This document shows, piece by piece, positions 1 through 13,149 of a DNA stretch of 64,000 nt (its first letter is position 1; every line of letters starts with the position of its first letter). The stretch is from Takakia lepidozioides. Lineage: Eukaryota; Plantae; Bryophyta. Under the pieces are notes generated by a model. The model worked only from the letters and a program-made list of their open reading frames with translations, was not told the origin of the DNA and did not search any database. The translations under genes were made by a program, and so were the position numbers. The stretch is from positions 23,746,001 to 23,810,000 of the forward strand of contig CM060733.1 in NCBI GenBank assembly GCA_030704615.1, written 5' to 3'.

Positions 1-3000
1 TCTGCAATACCGTTGGAAACAGAGGGAGTGCTTGATCATGCAGAGGTCCCAGTTGGGAATGGGAAGGTGTGTTCAAATGAAGTGGGTGGTGCACATGGCC
101 CAGAAGATCCTCTCGAGAGCCTCGATAGTAGACCCCTGAAGCGATTACGTGGGGAGACACTGGAGGTAGAACAAACAGACGTTGAGAAAGGGGGCAACTT
201 AGCTGAAGGGAAACCCAGTAAGGTTTGTGGTGCAGGAGCAGCTTGTTGTGTTCCAGGGCTGGGTTGTGGGAGCATTGGTGCACGTGCATCAGGGCCTTCT
301 TTACGTTCCTACTCACTTGGCACAGTGAGTCCGCTTGTTAGCAGCTCATTGGGTCCAGGTCTCTTTGGTTGGGGAAGTGCATTGGGCTCATTTTCTGGTC
401 CGGGCCCTAAGCCCATTGATCATATTTTCCAGTTTCACAAAGCAATTCGGAAGGACCTTGAGTACCTGGATGTGGAATCAGCCCGATTGGCTGACTGTGA
501 TGAAGAGTTTTTGCGGCAGTTTAGGGGGCGGTTCCAGTTTCTTTGGGGGCTTTATCGTGCCCACAGCAATGCAGAGGATGATATCGTATTTCCTGCGCTG
601 GAAGCCAAAGAGGCACTTCACAATGTGAGCCATTCGTACACTATTGATCACAAGCAAGAGGAGAAGCTGTTCCGCGACATAGCACAGGTACCAAATGTCC
701 CCAGTTTATGGGTCTCATACATATTGTATTTCTTCATATTGCAGCTTCATTGTTTTATGTGGGGTTTCTCCTATGTCATCACTCCTGCACGGATCACCAT
801 CTCTGTACATTCTCCTTGTGTTCTTTCTGTACCCTTAATTTGGAATGTTTTGGATTATGATATCAGACAGTGGGGGCACAGAGTTGTGGCACCAGATTCA
901 AGAGTGTTTCTTGTTACCAAATCTCTCTGACAATTGTTACGACAGAGTTGGGGTAAGCAGTGTCTTGAATCTGGTCTACACTAGCAATCTCATACTCAGA
1001 TGCTATCTGTGAAGGAACTGGCGGAGCTTTCACACCTACACAGCCACATGCATTGCCAAGGCCCATCAGTCTCTGTATCATGCTTGCCACCATCAGAAGC
1101 AGAGGGAAGGCTCCTAATTGCATGTGATGGTCACGGTGAAGGGGAAGTAACTCAGCAGCGAGCTCTGGCTGCAAAGCTGCAGAGAATGTGCAAGTCTGTA
1201 AGAGTTAGCCTTGACCAGCATGTCTCCAGGGAGGAGCTTGAGTTATGGCCATTGTTCGATGTCCACTTCACCATCGAGGAACAGGACCAAATAGTGGGGC
1301 GTATCATTGGGACCACAGGGGCTGAAGTGCTGCAGGTAGGTCAGAAGCTTCGCTTTGTCCCATGGTTTCGGCAGTCCTGGATAATACTCAAATATGATGA
1401 GAAATTTACCACCTTGTATCTTAGAAAGATTTGAACTTTTCAAGCTGTAGAGTGGGCCTGGCAAGATGCAACGTGCATTTGTTCAATGTGGGTTGAAATC
1501 AAACTGCCATTGGTGCTAACATCCTTGTTGAGTGCAAGTGTAGATGCAAAGAGCATTAGCAACTTTTGAGACTTGAACATTCCTATTACTCGGCATGTCG
1601 CATACTGTCACGTGGAGCAACGTCTAGTTTGAGACACTCTCATGGGCATGGGCACTTGACTATGAACCTGAAATCTTGCTGGGTGCCTTGCCCATACTAG
1701 GATACCATGTGGAGTGGCAGTAGTTATGTGCTATGAATGTAGTGTATGCATTGCTTTGCAGATTTACTACTCCTGTTTAGCAATGGGTCAATATGGTTAC
1801 GGCAATAGCCAGTGGTCCTTTTCTGCAGGCTATGCTGCCATGGGTGACAACTGCCCTTTCTGAGGAAGAACAAAACACGATGATGGATACATGGCGACAG
1901 GCTACCCGCAACACCATGTTTGATAAGTGGCTGAGCGCTTGGTGGAAAGACACCCCAGGGTCCGCTCCCCATTCGCCCCCAACAGCTGATCCTGCAATTC
2001 CACCCTCGGGTACCAGTGAATCTCTGCAGATGGTAGTTGATTACCTTTCCAAAGGTGTTTCTAACATTGACAAATATCAGAAGGATGGGAAAGTCGCATG
2101 TGATAGCAAGGCTGAGGAGCCATCTGGTACATATATATTTCGACCCTCTGAAGTATTATTTAGCAATGCCTGCTTCTGTTTCTTATTTTCTCCATTCTCT
2201 TCATAGTGTGGTCACAAGATAAAGTAGTTGTTGATAGTCGAGTATGGTGGCATTATATACCTGGCCTTACTTTTGTCATACACTTAGGGAGGATGTCATA
2301 GGTTTACTGAGAACTTGGTATTTCTGTGTTTGAATCAGGATTCCTGTTTAGCTGTAGATAGTCAGAAAGGTTGCAGGTTCACAGTAGATGTAAATTTCAA
2401 CATACTCTACAGAGCAAGAGTTGCTCCTCCTTCCCCCCCTCTATTACCCTTTGCACAGCACCAATGGGTGTGTTGCTTGTGAGTACAGTGTTGGAAGGGG
2501 GAGCAAAGGAGATGGAGGGCTGTGTAGAGGCCAGCTCAGATCTCGGAGAATCTTCTGGTCCAAGCCACAGCTGCAGGGGGGAGGATGAAGATCACCAATC
2601 TCACAAAGCTGTGCTGGACACGAGCGAACAGGTTAGGGATGGAGGGGAGAAGTTCAAGCCTGGGTGGCGCGACATATTCAGAATGAACCAGAAGGAGTTA
2701 GAAGCTGCTATTCGGAAAGTTTCAAGTGATAGCTCCCTGGACCCTCGCAGAAAAGCTTACCTTATACAAAATCTAATGACCAGGTGATCACCCTTACTAT
2801 TGAACTTGGAAGCTCAACCTTATGTGCTGGATACCAAAAGGTTTATTTTGAGAGTACTTTTCCTCTGCCTTCAAGCACTGAAGCTCTTAAGGAAATCATT
2901 GATTGGGGCACACATTAACAAGTATCACTCACTTGTAATGATGAACATTTTGCATTTACAGGTGTTGACAGGAAGTATGATTCTTCCTGTGAGCCCTGTA

Positions 3001-6000
3001 GCAGTAAAACATCCACCTCGTGTGCTTGTTGGGATCACATCCCTACGCAGTATCCACCAACCTTGTCTGTAGCAACAAGTTTTCCAACCATCTCTATTTG
3101 TGAATGTCTGTAAGTGCTTGCATCTGACTTGTGCCTAAAGTTCTGCGGATTGCATGCGATCATGGTCACTTGCAGTCGGTGGATTGCCGCCCAACAACAG
3201 TTTTCACATACACAAGCCCGACAAGCAGGGGACGGTCCTGTAGACATCCCAGGTCGCAGCCGGTCATATCAGGATGAAGAAAAAGGCATATATGGATGTG
3301 AGCACTACAAACGCAACTGTAAATTGCGGGCGGTTTGCTGTGGGAATCTTTTTCCATGTAGGTTCTGCCACGACAAAGTCAGCGATCACTCCATGGACCG
3401 GTGGGTGTCACACACTTCCATCAAGTGGATTCAGCTATTAAAGGTTCAACTACCTCATATAATGGATCAACTACTCACATTTATCCTCGACGTAGTCCAT
3501 GCATGACATTAGAGAGTTTGAAATTGGACAAGAACTTACTGATCTGGATGTTTGCAGGCATGCAACAAAGGAGATGATGTGTTTGAAGTGCTTAGAGGTG
3601 CAGCCAGTCGCACCAACATGTGCGACCCCTTCCTGCAATGGATTTTCAATGGCACGTTATTTCTGTAACATCTGCAAGTTCTTTGACAACGATGACAGGT
3701 GCCTTCCCTGTTTTCTGTGCCTGTAAGCTTATCAAGTGTGTTTGATAGCACAACAGTCATGAGTGTCTGTGGATTGGCTATCTGCTGATGAAATCAATTT
3801 TGCAGCTGCATCTTACAAACAGCACCAGCCATCTTTGAACAGCAACAGCAGAGTATGCCACAGTTTTAAGTGGAAGAGAGGAGGGAAAAGGGCAGGGTAA
3901 GTGATAGAGAAGTAAACTGCATACAACTGCACACATATATGGGGCTTCTCAAGGACCCATGTGACAAAGTAGAACGGCAAGAAAACTACATCAGAAGACA
4001 CCAAACCAGAGATGAACATATAAGTGGAGTGATTAGTGCTGCCAATCTCTCTGTTTATACTCGCACTTGTTTTATATTTTAGTTTGGAATCCACAAAGAG
4101 TGACCCCTGTTTGACTGCAAAGGTTTAAGTGTATTTGCAATGGCTTGGAGTCAACTCTAATTGGTAGGAGAATGTTCAATTGCAGGGATATCTATCACTG
4201 TCCTTTCTGCAATCTGTGCAGAGTTGGCAAGGGTTTGGGCATAGACTATTTCCACTGCATGACCTGCAATGCATGTATGTCCATGAAGCTCTCCTCTCAC
4301 AAATGCCGCGAGAGGGGACTAGAGTCTAATTGCCCAATATGCCACGACTTTCTTTTCACCTCTAATACGCCTGTCAAAGCTCTACCCTGTGACCATTTCA
4401 TGCACTCAGCCTGCTTCCAGGTACTTGTTTGTGCTTCGTTTGATTTGTGATTCAGACTCGGACAGTGTCGAGATTTGATTCTTGATTTTTGTAGTGCTCA
4501 TCAAATAAAACCTGTTTGTTGTAACAAGGAGAACTAGTTTAGCTTGTTCCGGCTCAATGGGAGTGTCATGTTGTTCATGGTGTTTCAGAGTATCTGAGAG
4601 GTGAGAAAGAATGTGAATAGAGAATGAGAAAGGTGTGTCCAATCTTGTTGCCAGTGTTACTTGGAATTACCTTCAAATCCTTTCACGTTCAGTCCATGAT
4701 CAGGTAAGAAGTGCTGGTGATTCTAAGCAGTGATCTGGTTGGGGGTGTATGCAGGCATATACCTGCAGCCACTATACGTGTCCTATCTGCAGCAAGTCAC
4801 TTGGAGATATGGCTGTATGCTCTCTCTCTCTCCTCTCTCATCATTCGGGAATTTTGGTGTATTTTGATGTTGCTGTCGTGTTGTTCTAGTTTGTCCGACT
4901 GGCCCTTGTGTGATGTGATGAAGTTGCTTCAAAAATCCAAAGTGCCTCGTGGGCTATATGCTTGAGGCACTCAGTCTTCAAGCTGCATGTTATGTATCCT
5001 GATGTAATTCTTGGCTTGTTTTACCCTGTCACTTTGTTACCCTCTGTGGATGTCGTAAAGTTTTTTTTTTCCAATCTTTCTTTCTCGATGTTCCCCAAGT
5101 TTTGTTCCATGGAACCTTGGGCCCATGTGGTGTAATAAATGTATAGCTATGTTCTGTCTCATTAGAATGTACTCATAAGACGTTGTTTGCTGTAGCCTTG
5201 TGGCCATTGACCCCGCGTCGAGTTTGAACGGAACATAAAGGGACAGAACCTACCTCAGTCAGGGGCTGACGTTGGTAGTGAGACTTACCTTCATAAAGGA
5301 CATTGATTCGGGTTTTCCAGATATCCTCTAGAAATCCTTTCACACAAGCATCAATCTGCTGTGTGTGGTTTGTCCAGTAACTAGCCTCAGAAGGGCCTGG
5401 GCTTTTGGCTCAGCCTCGAGACTTTCAAAGTTGGTAAACATAGGTGCAGGCACAATTCTCTTGATAGATTGGAGGAGAGCTTCTCTCTGGTGAGAGTACC
5501 CCGGACAGTGAACAGAAAATGAATATTGCCTTTGGGTTGCCCACACAACGGGAAATTGCACTCTCCCTTTCCTCTCTGCTTCTGTTTACTGTTCAATGGT
5601 AGGCTTCCTGCCAGTCTGGTGCCGAGAGTGGGTAGACCCTTGAGGTCATCCATGATATCCTCCCCCATGTCACAGACTGGAAACAGGTTCAGGGAAGTTT
5701 TCTGCCTAACTTCATTTTCGTCGGACAATTTTCTGGTAACAGACATGGCTTTGGACACTACAGTCTCTAAGTCAGATTTATCCAGCAAGGTCAAGACTTG
5801 CGGTTCCAGATTCAGATCCTTGAGAATCTCTTCTACTCTCTTCTGCCAGGACTTAGCCTGTTTGACAGGGCGGTCCTGTTTCCAAGATATAGAGTCGATT
5901 AACTTAGGATATCTGGTGTTGGACGTGTTGCAACTGACCCCACCATCTGACCTTGAATTCGTCTCGTCGGGAGCTTGAGGAAGGGATGCCAAACTCACCC

Positions 6001-6759
6001 CGAACAGCCACATTGGCTGTTTTGGAGCATGCTGACATGCACTCCTTAAGCACCCCCACTTGAATGGATTCTAGCGACTTAGCCTGGTTGGAGTTATCAA
6101 CCCGTATAGCAGATCCGTACTCCAAGGCACCAGCGTACTCTGTCTCCACCGTACTCCATGCGTACTCTGTCTCATTAGAGTAGGAAGCTCAGACTGGTGA
6201 GTGCTTCCTTCCTAGTTTAGGAGAGGATGTTCTTGTGTGGGGAAGAGCAGTTGAGCGATTGAAAGTGCGGTTTGTGGCAGGTATACTTTGGCATGCTGGA
6301 TGCTTTGTTGGCTGCTGAACAACTCCCAACTGAATATCAAAATCGTCGGCAGGTATTTTCATGAAAATCCGTGCAAGTTGACGGGCTCATCTGTGGAATA
6401 CAATTGATCTTTTTGTCGCTTGCCAAGTTGGCCATTGTCATATCTTAAACAAGTACTGAAGTGAAACTCAGGATTTGATTCTGGTGACATCCCAAACCAC
6501 TCCTTTTGATCTTCTGGAAGGGTTGGACCAAATGAGTGTTGGAATGGCCTCTTTCTCTAAGCCTTCATAGCAACAATGGGGAGCTACATGAGAATGCAGG
6601 GAGGAAGGTAATTCCAAGAGAATACGTCCAGACTTTGACTTTTACTTTGTGCAACAGGATATACTATGCAACGACTGTGGGCAAAAGGGGACTGCACCAT
6701 TTCATTGGCTTTATCACAAATGCAGTCAGTGTGGTTCCTACAACACTCGTACCATTTGA
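1..6759 (+). CDS. BTS: BRUTUS-like iron-sensing E3 ubiquitin ligase (hemerythrin + CHY/CTCHY + RING + zinc ribbon); 5' part lies before the window
   Basis: Hemerythrin motif [19 protein letters not shown]...[14 protein letters not shown]; [23 protein letters not shown]; [19 protein letters not shown]; [15 protein letters not shown]...[10 protein letters not shown]; C-terminal [36 protein letters not shown] exons: <1-687, 1000 or 1015-1335, 1829-2126, 2459 or 2489-2783, 3176-3400, 3558-3698, 4186-4420, 4755-4814, 6281-6352, 6658-6759. Confidence 0.95.
5167..6165 (-). mobile_element. ~1 kb non-autonomous LINE derivative (RTEX-like) in a BTS intron, with 14-bp target-site duplication
   Basis: TCTGTCTCATTAGA occurs at 5153-5166 and 6166-6179. 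The minus strand encodes a remnant of the LINE C-terminal zinc finger (CNFPLCG...IHFLF / [13 protein letters not shown], frameshifted). Its 3' ~300 bp is homologous to 14440-14740. Confidence 0.75.
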
Positions 6760-8522
6760 GGTAATTGGCCCATTTCATCTGTTGCAATTTATCTATGCTT
6801 TGATGTATGCAAGATACCCGTTTAAGGTCATAAGGCTACAGCAAGCACAGTCCAGGATAATAACTTAATCAGAGCCTCAATTTTTTCTGCAACTTAACCT
6901 GCCGATGACATTGCAGGTTGTCCACAACATAATCTTCAGAGCTAGCACTGTCCTCAGACAGACTTTTTTAATCAGGAAGATCATGTAAACTTGCTCCTGT
7001 GTCTGTACTGAGCTAAGAAGATTGTCTCACTGTTTACACATATGCTGTTATAGGGAGGAGGCAGGGTAATTTTGACAGCTGGAAAGTGTGGATAAAGCAG
7101 TCCAACAAGTATGTGCGATTATTGCGCAGTATGCATGCAACTATTGCAGGTATGCTTTTTTTATGAAGTTGACATATCTGGAGGGACAGAAATATACGTT
7201 GTGAAGAGGAAAATCAATAGCAACTTTTTAGATCTTCTCACTGGTTTAGTTACAGTTTTATGATCCTCACAGTTTCCTCCCCCCCCCCCCTCTCTCATCA
7301 TTCTCAGTAACATGGCATTGGCATGTGGCAAGAGTCTTTAGTGTACTGAAGGCCAGCTCCCAAAGGATTTACACTGAAACAAAGTTGAGTGGTGTTGCAT
7401 GGGGGGTTGAGATGATAAAAACAATCATTTGATCATATGATCTGTTTGGTTGTGCAGATCTCTGCCCAAGCAATGAAATATCAACATAGTTGGATGCAGC
7501 AAGTAAGCTGGCGTATACGAGATTTCTATGCGTCCCAAATGGCAGTGATTCCTTATTTGCCTGAAAACTTGCCCTGTGTATGAATGTGGTAGGCATCTTA
7601 AAGGGGATTACTAATACTTCAGCAGAGCTGTGCGGCATAAGGAATTTTCATATCAGACTTCATATGCAGAATTGGTGTATGGTAGTTGTAAAGTACTGGG
7701 ACTATACACCCAGTCAAGTGCACTTTATTGGGGTTTCCCTAGTGTGCAAACATATATGTCATCAGTTTTTCACAGCAAAATATCATATTTCCAGGTGCCT
7801 ATTGTGCACATTCCTAGTAAATTTGTGGTACCATGTGCATGCATGCAATGAGATTACTTGAAGTCTGTAGGGTATGGATTTGCAAATCTGTTACCACCAT
7901 CTTGGTACCCACCAAAGGTTCTCTAGCATTTCTGGCATTAGCAGAGAAGTAGAGAGGATGTGGATGGTCTACATGTTGTTTAGCAAAGCAGAGCCCTGCT
8001 GGCTGAAAGATAAGTGAGCAAGGTGTTTGGGTTACTTCCACGGACTATGAAAGTTCATTTGCCTAGGCTGGGTACCTGTACCAAAGTGAATGTTTGGAAA
8101 TTCACAATTCAAAAGGATATACATTGTTTGCATCTTAGTTGTTAGATCCACCTTCCGGGAATGTAAAGAAAGCTATCTGAATGAGGAAAAGACCTTGCGT
8201 GTCTGGAGGGACAGTGATAACTAGTGTCAATCTAAGATGACGAATACAATCAACACCAGCAGTAAGAATTTTTTTATTGGCTTCCATGTAGCAGACCACC
8301 ATCACTCACATTAGTAAAATTGGGCTCTGCACAAAATGAAGTTGCATTTGTGCTTATTGTATACAAATCCTTTTCCCTTATTACATGGGTCGTCTGTGGT
8401 TTCACTCCCCAGTAAAGCGGGAAGAGAAGAAAATTACAAATGGTGATCACTTCCGGGTGCAGAAAGGAAACAACGAGTTAAGAGTGAGGGGGGTGGTGGT
8501 TGGCAGTTGCTACAAGCCCCGA

Positions 8523-11500
8523 CTACAATGGGTATGTTGTCAAACCAGCATTATCATTATAAGCTTCATTCTTGAGATAGATGTAGACGTGGGGATGGTC
8601 AAGATCTAGAAACACCTCATTGAAGTCCAATGCTGGGCAGTTTATCATATCAGGGCACACATCAGCTCCACCAAATACATACGTGAGACCTTCAGAAGTT
8701 GCTGCAGCTGTTCGGAAGCGAGCGGTGGGGATGAAGGCCTTCTGAACCCATGTCTCATCTTCAGCATAGTATACCTGAACACCACAAGAACACATTCGTA
8801 TCAAGAGGGTGGCAAGGAAATGGTAGTTGAAAAGCATGGCAAGAACCCTCTGAAATCCCACATAGCAACTTTCAGAATGCAAGATATTAGATCATGGCCT
8901 TCATAATAACCTGCTCATCAGAACCAGAAAAAAGTAGTGGGCACCCAAAGGAAGATTCTAAGAGCTCCATTGTCTTCGGCCAGGGCTATGGAACGTAGTA
9001 GCACTATGTCTTCCCTTCACAACCTGGGTTTCTCATCTACTATCATGTGGGGCCATCTGTCACATTCAAAAATTTCTTCTTCTCACACAACCAAAATATC
9101 GTCTTGTGCTGATAGTCTGTCGACTTTGGGGTTGTTCCGGTGTTTCTCTTAAAACAATTTACTACATTTTCAACCCTACAGCAGCACTCCCTCCCCTGGC
9201 ACTCTTGTAGCCTTTCTTGAGTGTCGAGGGTAATCTCTCTTGATCAACAACACTCTCAAATTTCAGAAGCATAACACAATCAATTCATACATTCATACAT
9301 CCGGGAATTGTTGTCATTAGGCACTGGGGCATCTTCCCCTGGCCATCGTCACGGATTTCAAGTCAGATTCATCCATACCTCTTTGGATGCGATAAGCCCA
9401 GGCTTGAAGGACAACTGGCCAGAAACTAACAAGTTCGGCATCTGAGTGACTGAATTTCAGGGCAAAGTGAGGTACCTCATTGACATGCTTAGGATACTTG
9501 TTATTTCCATCGTTCAAGTAATGACCCTCTCCACCGACCAACATGATCCTGTTACCTTCAAGTACAGCAATGGCCTGCCCCATACACACCACATCTCCTG
9601 TCAAGTCTGTACAACAGTTGGCATGTTAGTCTGCTCAAAACAGGTTTCATGGCACTTTGTACAAGGTGTCAGGGATGATTCTCCCCAACTCAACCCACAA
9701 TGTAGATTCCTATTACGTTCATACAAGCTAGAATTGCTCAAGTCAAGCCAGCAGATCAGCATCAAGCACTCTACATCCAATTCAGAACAGAGAAAACCCA
9801 TATAATTATAGGAAGGGGTAGTCAGACACACCGCATCTCCACGGGGAGTCAGAAGATCGGGCCTTCCAGTCCAAGTGGAGGTATTCGGATTGAAAGACTC
9901 CATTTTGCCTGCGAATGAGTTATTATCTGACGTATTGCCATCATTCTGCAACCCCCACATAACAAGCCATCAATGTCCTTGGTCTTTCCATTAAAATTTT
10001 CTTACTAAGATAAGACCACAGCAGTTCTTCTTTGTTTACCAATGATGATGTCTCCCCAACCTTTACCATGAACATCAGCCCTTGCCAGATATCAGCTCTT
10101 CTGAAGTGGGTTATCGACTCCCACTCACGAGGGTCAGCACAAAACAGAAAAGACTTACAATGGAGACAACTGTCAATGTGACAGCTTCCAAAGATAACCA
10201 TTTACATTATGCAAGCAACAATTTTGGGAGTTTCAAATCACTTATCCAAGGTGAGCTGCCAAACAAGAACTTCCATGCCATGAACTACTCACTTACATAA
10301 TATCCTCCGAGTGCATATATTTCGCCTTGCAAAGGAACACACATTAGATCACCACGCGGAGTGGTCATATTCGCCCCTCTTGACCACTGCTGAGTTGCTG
10401 GATCATAGACATAGTTGAGATTCAAATATGCGTAATTATCATCATAACCCCCTATCTGATACACCTGCATAAATTGCCCATATCCCCACATATAGTAAGA
10501 TGAATCACAACCATTCAAGCAAACATATAATCCAGCTGGGGAGGGAGATAGAAGGAGAGATTTGAAAACGGGGAACAGGCGAGAGGCATGCAGTATGTGG
10601 CCAACAACTGTCTCTTAATGCTGCCTCTGTCAGTGGGACCCACCGTTATAAATGGATAGCTTCTCACCTTCAAGACCTCCGACTAGACGGAGACAGACAG
10701 ACAGAGCAGAGACAGGGAGATGCAATTGGTTAACCACACATGTAAGAACAACCTTCTAACAGTCTGACAACCCCTGTAATACATACCTTGCCATAGAGAC
10801 TTGCCGCACAATTGTCACTTTGTACAAAGGGGGAACTTGGTCCGTGGGTCCACGTGTCTGATGGAATGTCATAGATGAAGACGGTCGTGACAGTAGTGTT
10901 TGCACTATACCTTCCCCCGACAACATAAATAGTATCACTCTTTCCATCTGCAAAAACAGAGAACCGTTTATCTACATTGACATTCTACACACCAGTGCAG
11001 CCACAACTCAAATGTATCGAGTTGTCATATTCACTCTGGACCTTAACCACATGCTGATCACTGCTGCCAATGATCCAACAAGGACCTTGTAAACGACTAG
11101 CTTGTGTTAATAAACTACAATCAAATTAAACCCCACCGCAGGCAATAAACACACCTTAATCATGCCACAGCCAGGAGGAGGAAGACTTTTGCCAAAGTAG
11201 GAGTAACTTACGGTGTCACGTAACCCCCAAGGACTATTGCCTTCCGCTTGGAAGGTGGACACCTTCTCACACGGTGGTAACAACGCAGTTGCCCAACCCT
11301 CCCCCAAGGACTCAGAAGTGCCCAGGTAGAGAGAGAGTAACTGGTTGACTTATCAACTGACCACAGTCCCCCTCGTCTGTGGCACAGCTATGTTGAACTA
11401 GTATCCTGGTTACCATACCAAGCAGCTTGTGCGATCTTACATCCAATCTTCCCCTGGCATGTAAGTTTTAATAACAAGTGAATAAGAAGACAAAAACTTT

Positions 11501-12199
11501 GCTGCATGTGTGAAAGAAAAGCTCTCGTGAGGACTCACTGTCAAGAAGAGTAGCCCCAAACCGATATCTTTGTTGAGGCATGGATGTCAACCTAGTGTAG
11601 TTGTGAAACACTGAGTCGTACTTCCACACGGCTGCTGTCACCGTTGCATTGATATCAGCGCCCGCGCCCCCTATTATATATATGTATTGTCCCGCTGCTA
11701 TTGCTGCGTGGTCCGTCAATTGCCCTGGAGAACACCGCTTTCACTTCAACGTTAGAAACTTGCAATACAGGAAGCAAAATGGTGTTTGACAGGCAGGTGC
11801 AAGATTTCGCAATCATCTTCGCCCCAAATTACAGTCCGCTGCATTGGGAACAAAAGGCAAAGAGAGCATCGGGCAAGCACCAGGAAGAGGGTTCTTCGTA
11901 GACCAGAACCCACTCCCTCGAAACAAACTCCCGCCATAGGTAAGTCCGCCAGGACTGCGATCGCCTGATTTCGATGCAAAAGTGACGTTAGGATCATTCA
12001 ACAGCCCGGACCGCCTTCGGAGTTGCCGAATGCTGTGCTCCTGTGACGCCCCCACTGCAATCAAAGCCACGATCAACACCACCACCGCCACCAGGAGCGC
12101 AGCTGTCATGCATCGTGCCCTGTTCACCGACTTCTTCAGAGACTGCAACTCATAGTGCAGACTTGAAAGAGGATCTCCTTCCATTTCCATCCCCTTCAT
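8523..12199 (-). CDS. Kelch-repeat beta-propeller protein with N-terminal transmembrane anchor (~432 aa)
   Basis: Seven GT-AG exons (12199-11881, 11724-11539, 10947-10787, 10464-10297, 9945-9832, 9574-9476, 8774-8523) total 1299 nt in frame. TM segment AALLVAVVVLIVALIAVGA, then Kelch GG motifs IYIIGG, IYVVGG, VYQIGG, IYALGG, IMLVGG and TYVFGG with downstream Y/W residues. Confidence 0.9.
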
Positions 12200-13149
12200 G
12201 CCCCCCCACTTCACCTCTCCCTCCCTCTCTCCCCTCTCACACCCTCCCCCCTCGCCAATTCTAGCCCATCAAAGCCCAAATTCCTCTCCCCCTTGAACAC
12301 GATGATCCCGCAGACCACTCCACTTCAAATTCCACTACAATCCCTCCCACAGCGACAGATCTCACAGCAACAAATCAACACAAATCCTTGTAAGTACCCG
12401 CATGCAAACTGCAGCATCACACTTGTCTGTTGCTTGCCTTTCGCTTGTAAACTAAACACCCAATTTGGGGCCTTCGTTGCACCCTCACACACTAGTGAGT
12501 AGTAACTAGTAACTTACTACACACTACCAAGTCACTAGTAAGTTGACTAGTGACTAGTCCGCTTACGTCCAAACGGTCGTCCAAATTGGCGCCACCCGTA
12601 TCGAGCGTTCCCGAAACGTGACGGCGCAGATTTTCGCGTCCAAAGATCCAACGGTCGGACGTGAAGACTTTGACTTACTTTGGATAAGATCACGGCCTTT
12701 ACGGTCCGCCCTAAATTTGAGGCCCGGCCCGTTCATTTCGCGGGTCCCACAGGAATCGTCGGGTCGCGCCCGTGATTTCCTATGTGCGGGGTCACCCCGT
12801 TTTCCACCAACGTAATGCCTCCACGTGTTTTTGTCCCAGGTCTTGTTACGGACGGGTGGGCAGCGGCGGCGGCGGCGGATATGTTATATTAGGGGAATAT
12901 TCAGATTCAATTCCCTCCATCGACCCGTTGAAATTAGGATGTTTGAATATAGCGGAGAAGTATATGCCTAGCTCTGGTCGGAGCTTACATCAGAGTAATG
13001 GCGGGCAAGGCGGAAGCAGTAAAGTAGCTTTGCAGGAACATCAAGTTCTTTCACAAGTCCTGTATCAAACACTCTCAAGTCAGTTTGAGAACTCGGTGAA
13101 TTGAACTTGATCATCGTATACTCAGGTGTGACTATAAGATAAATCACTG

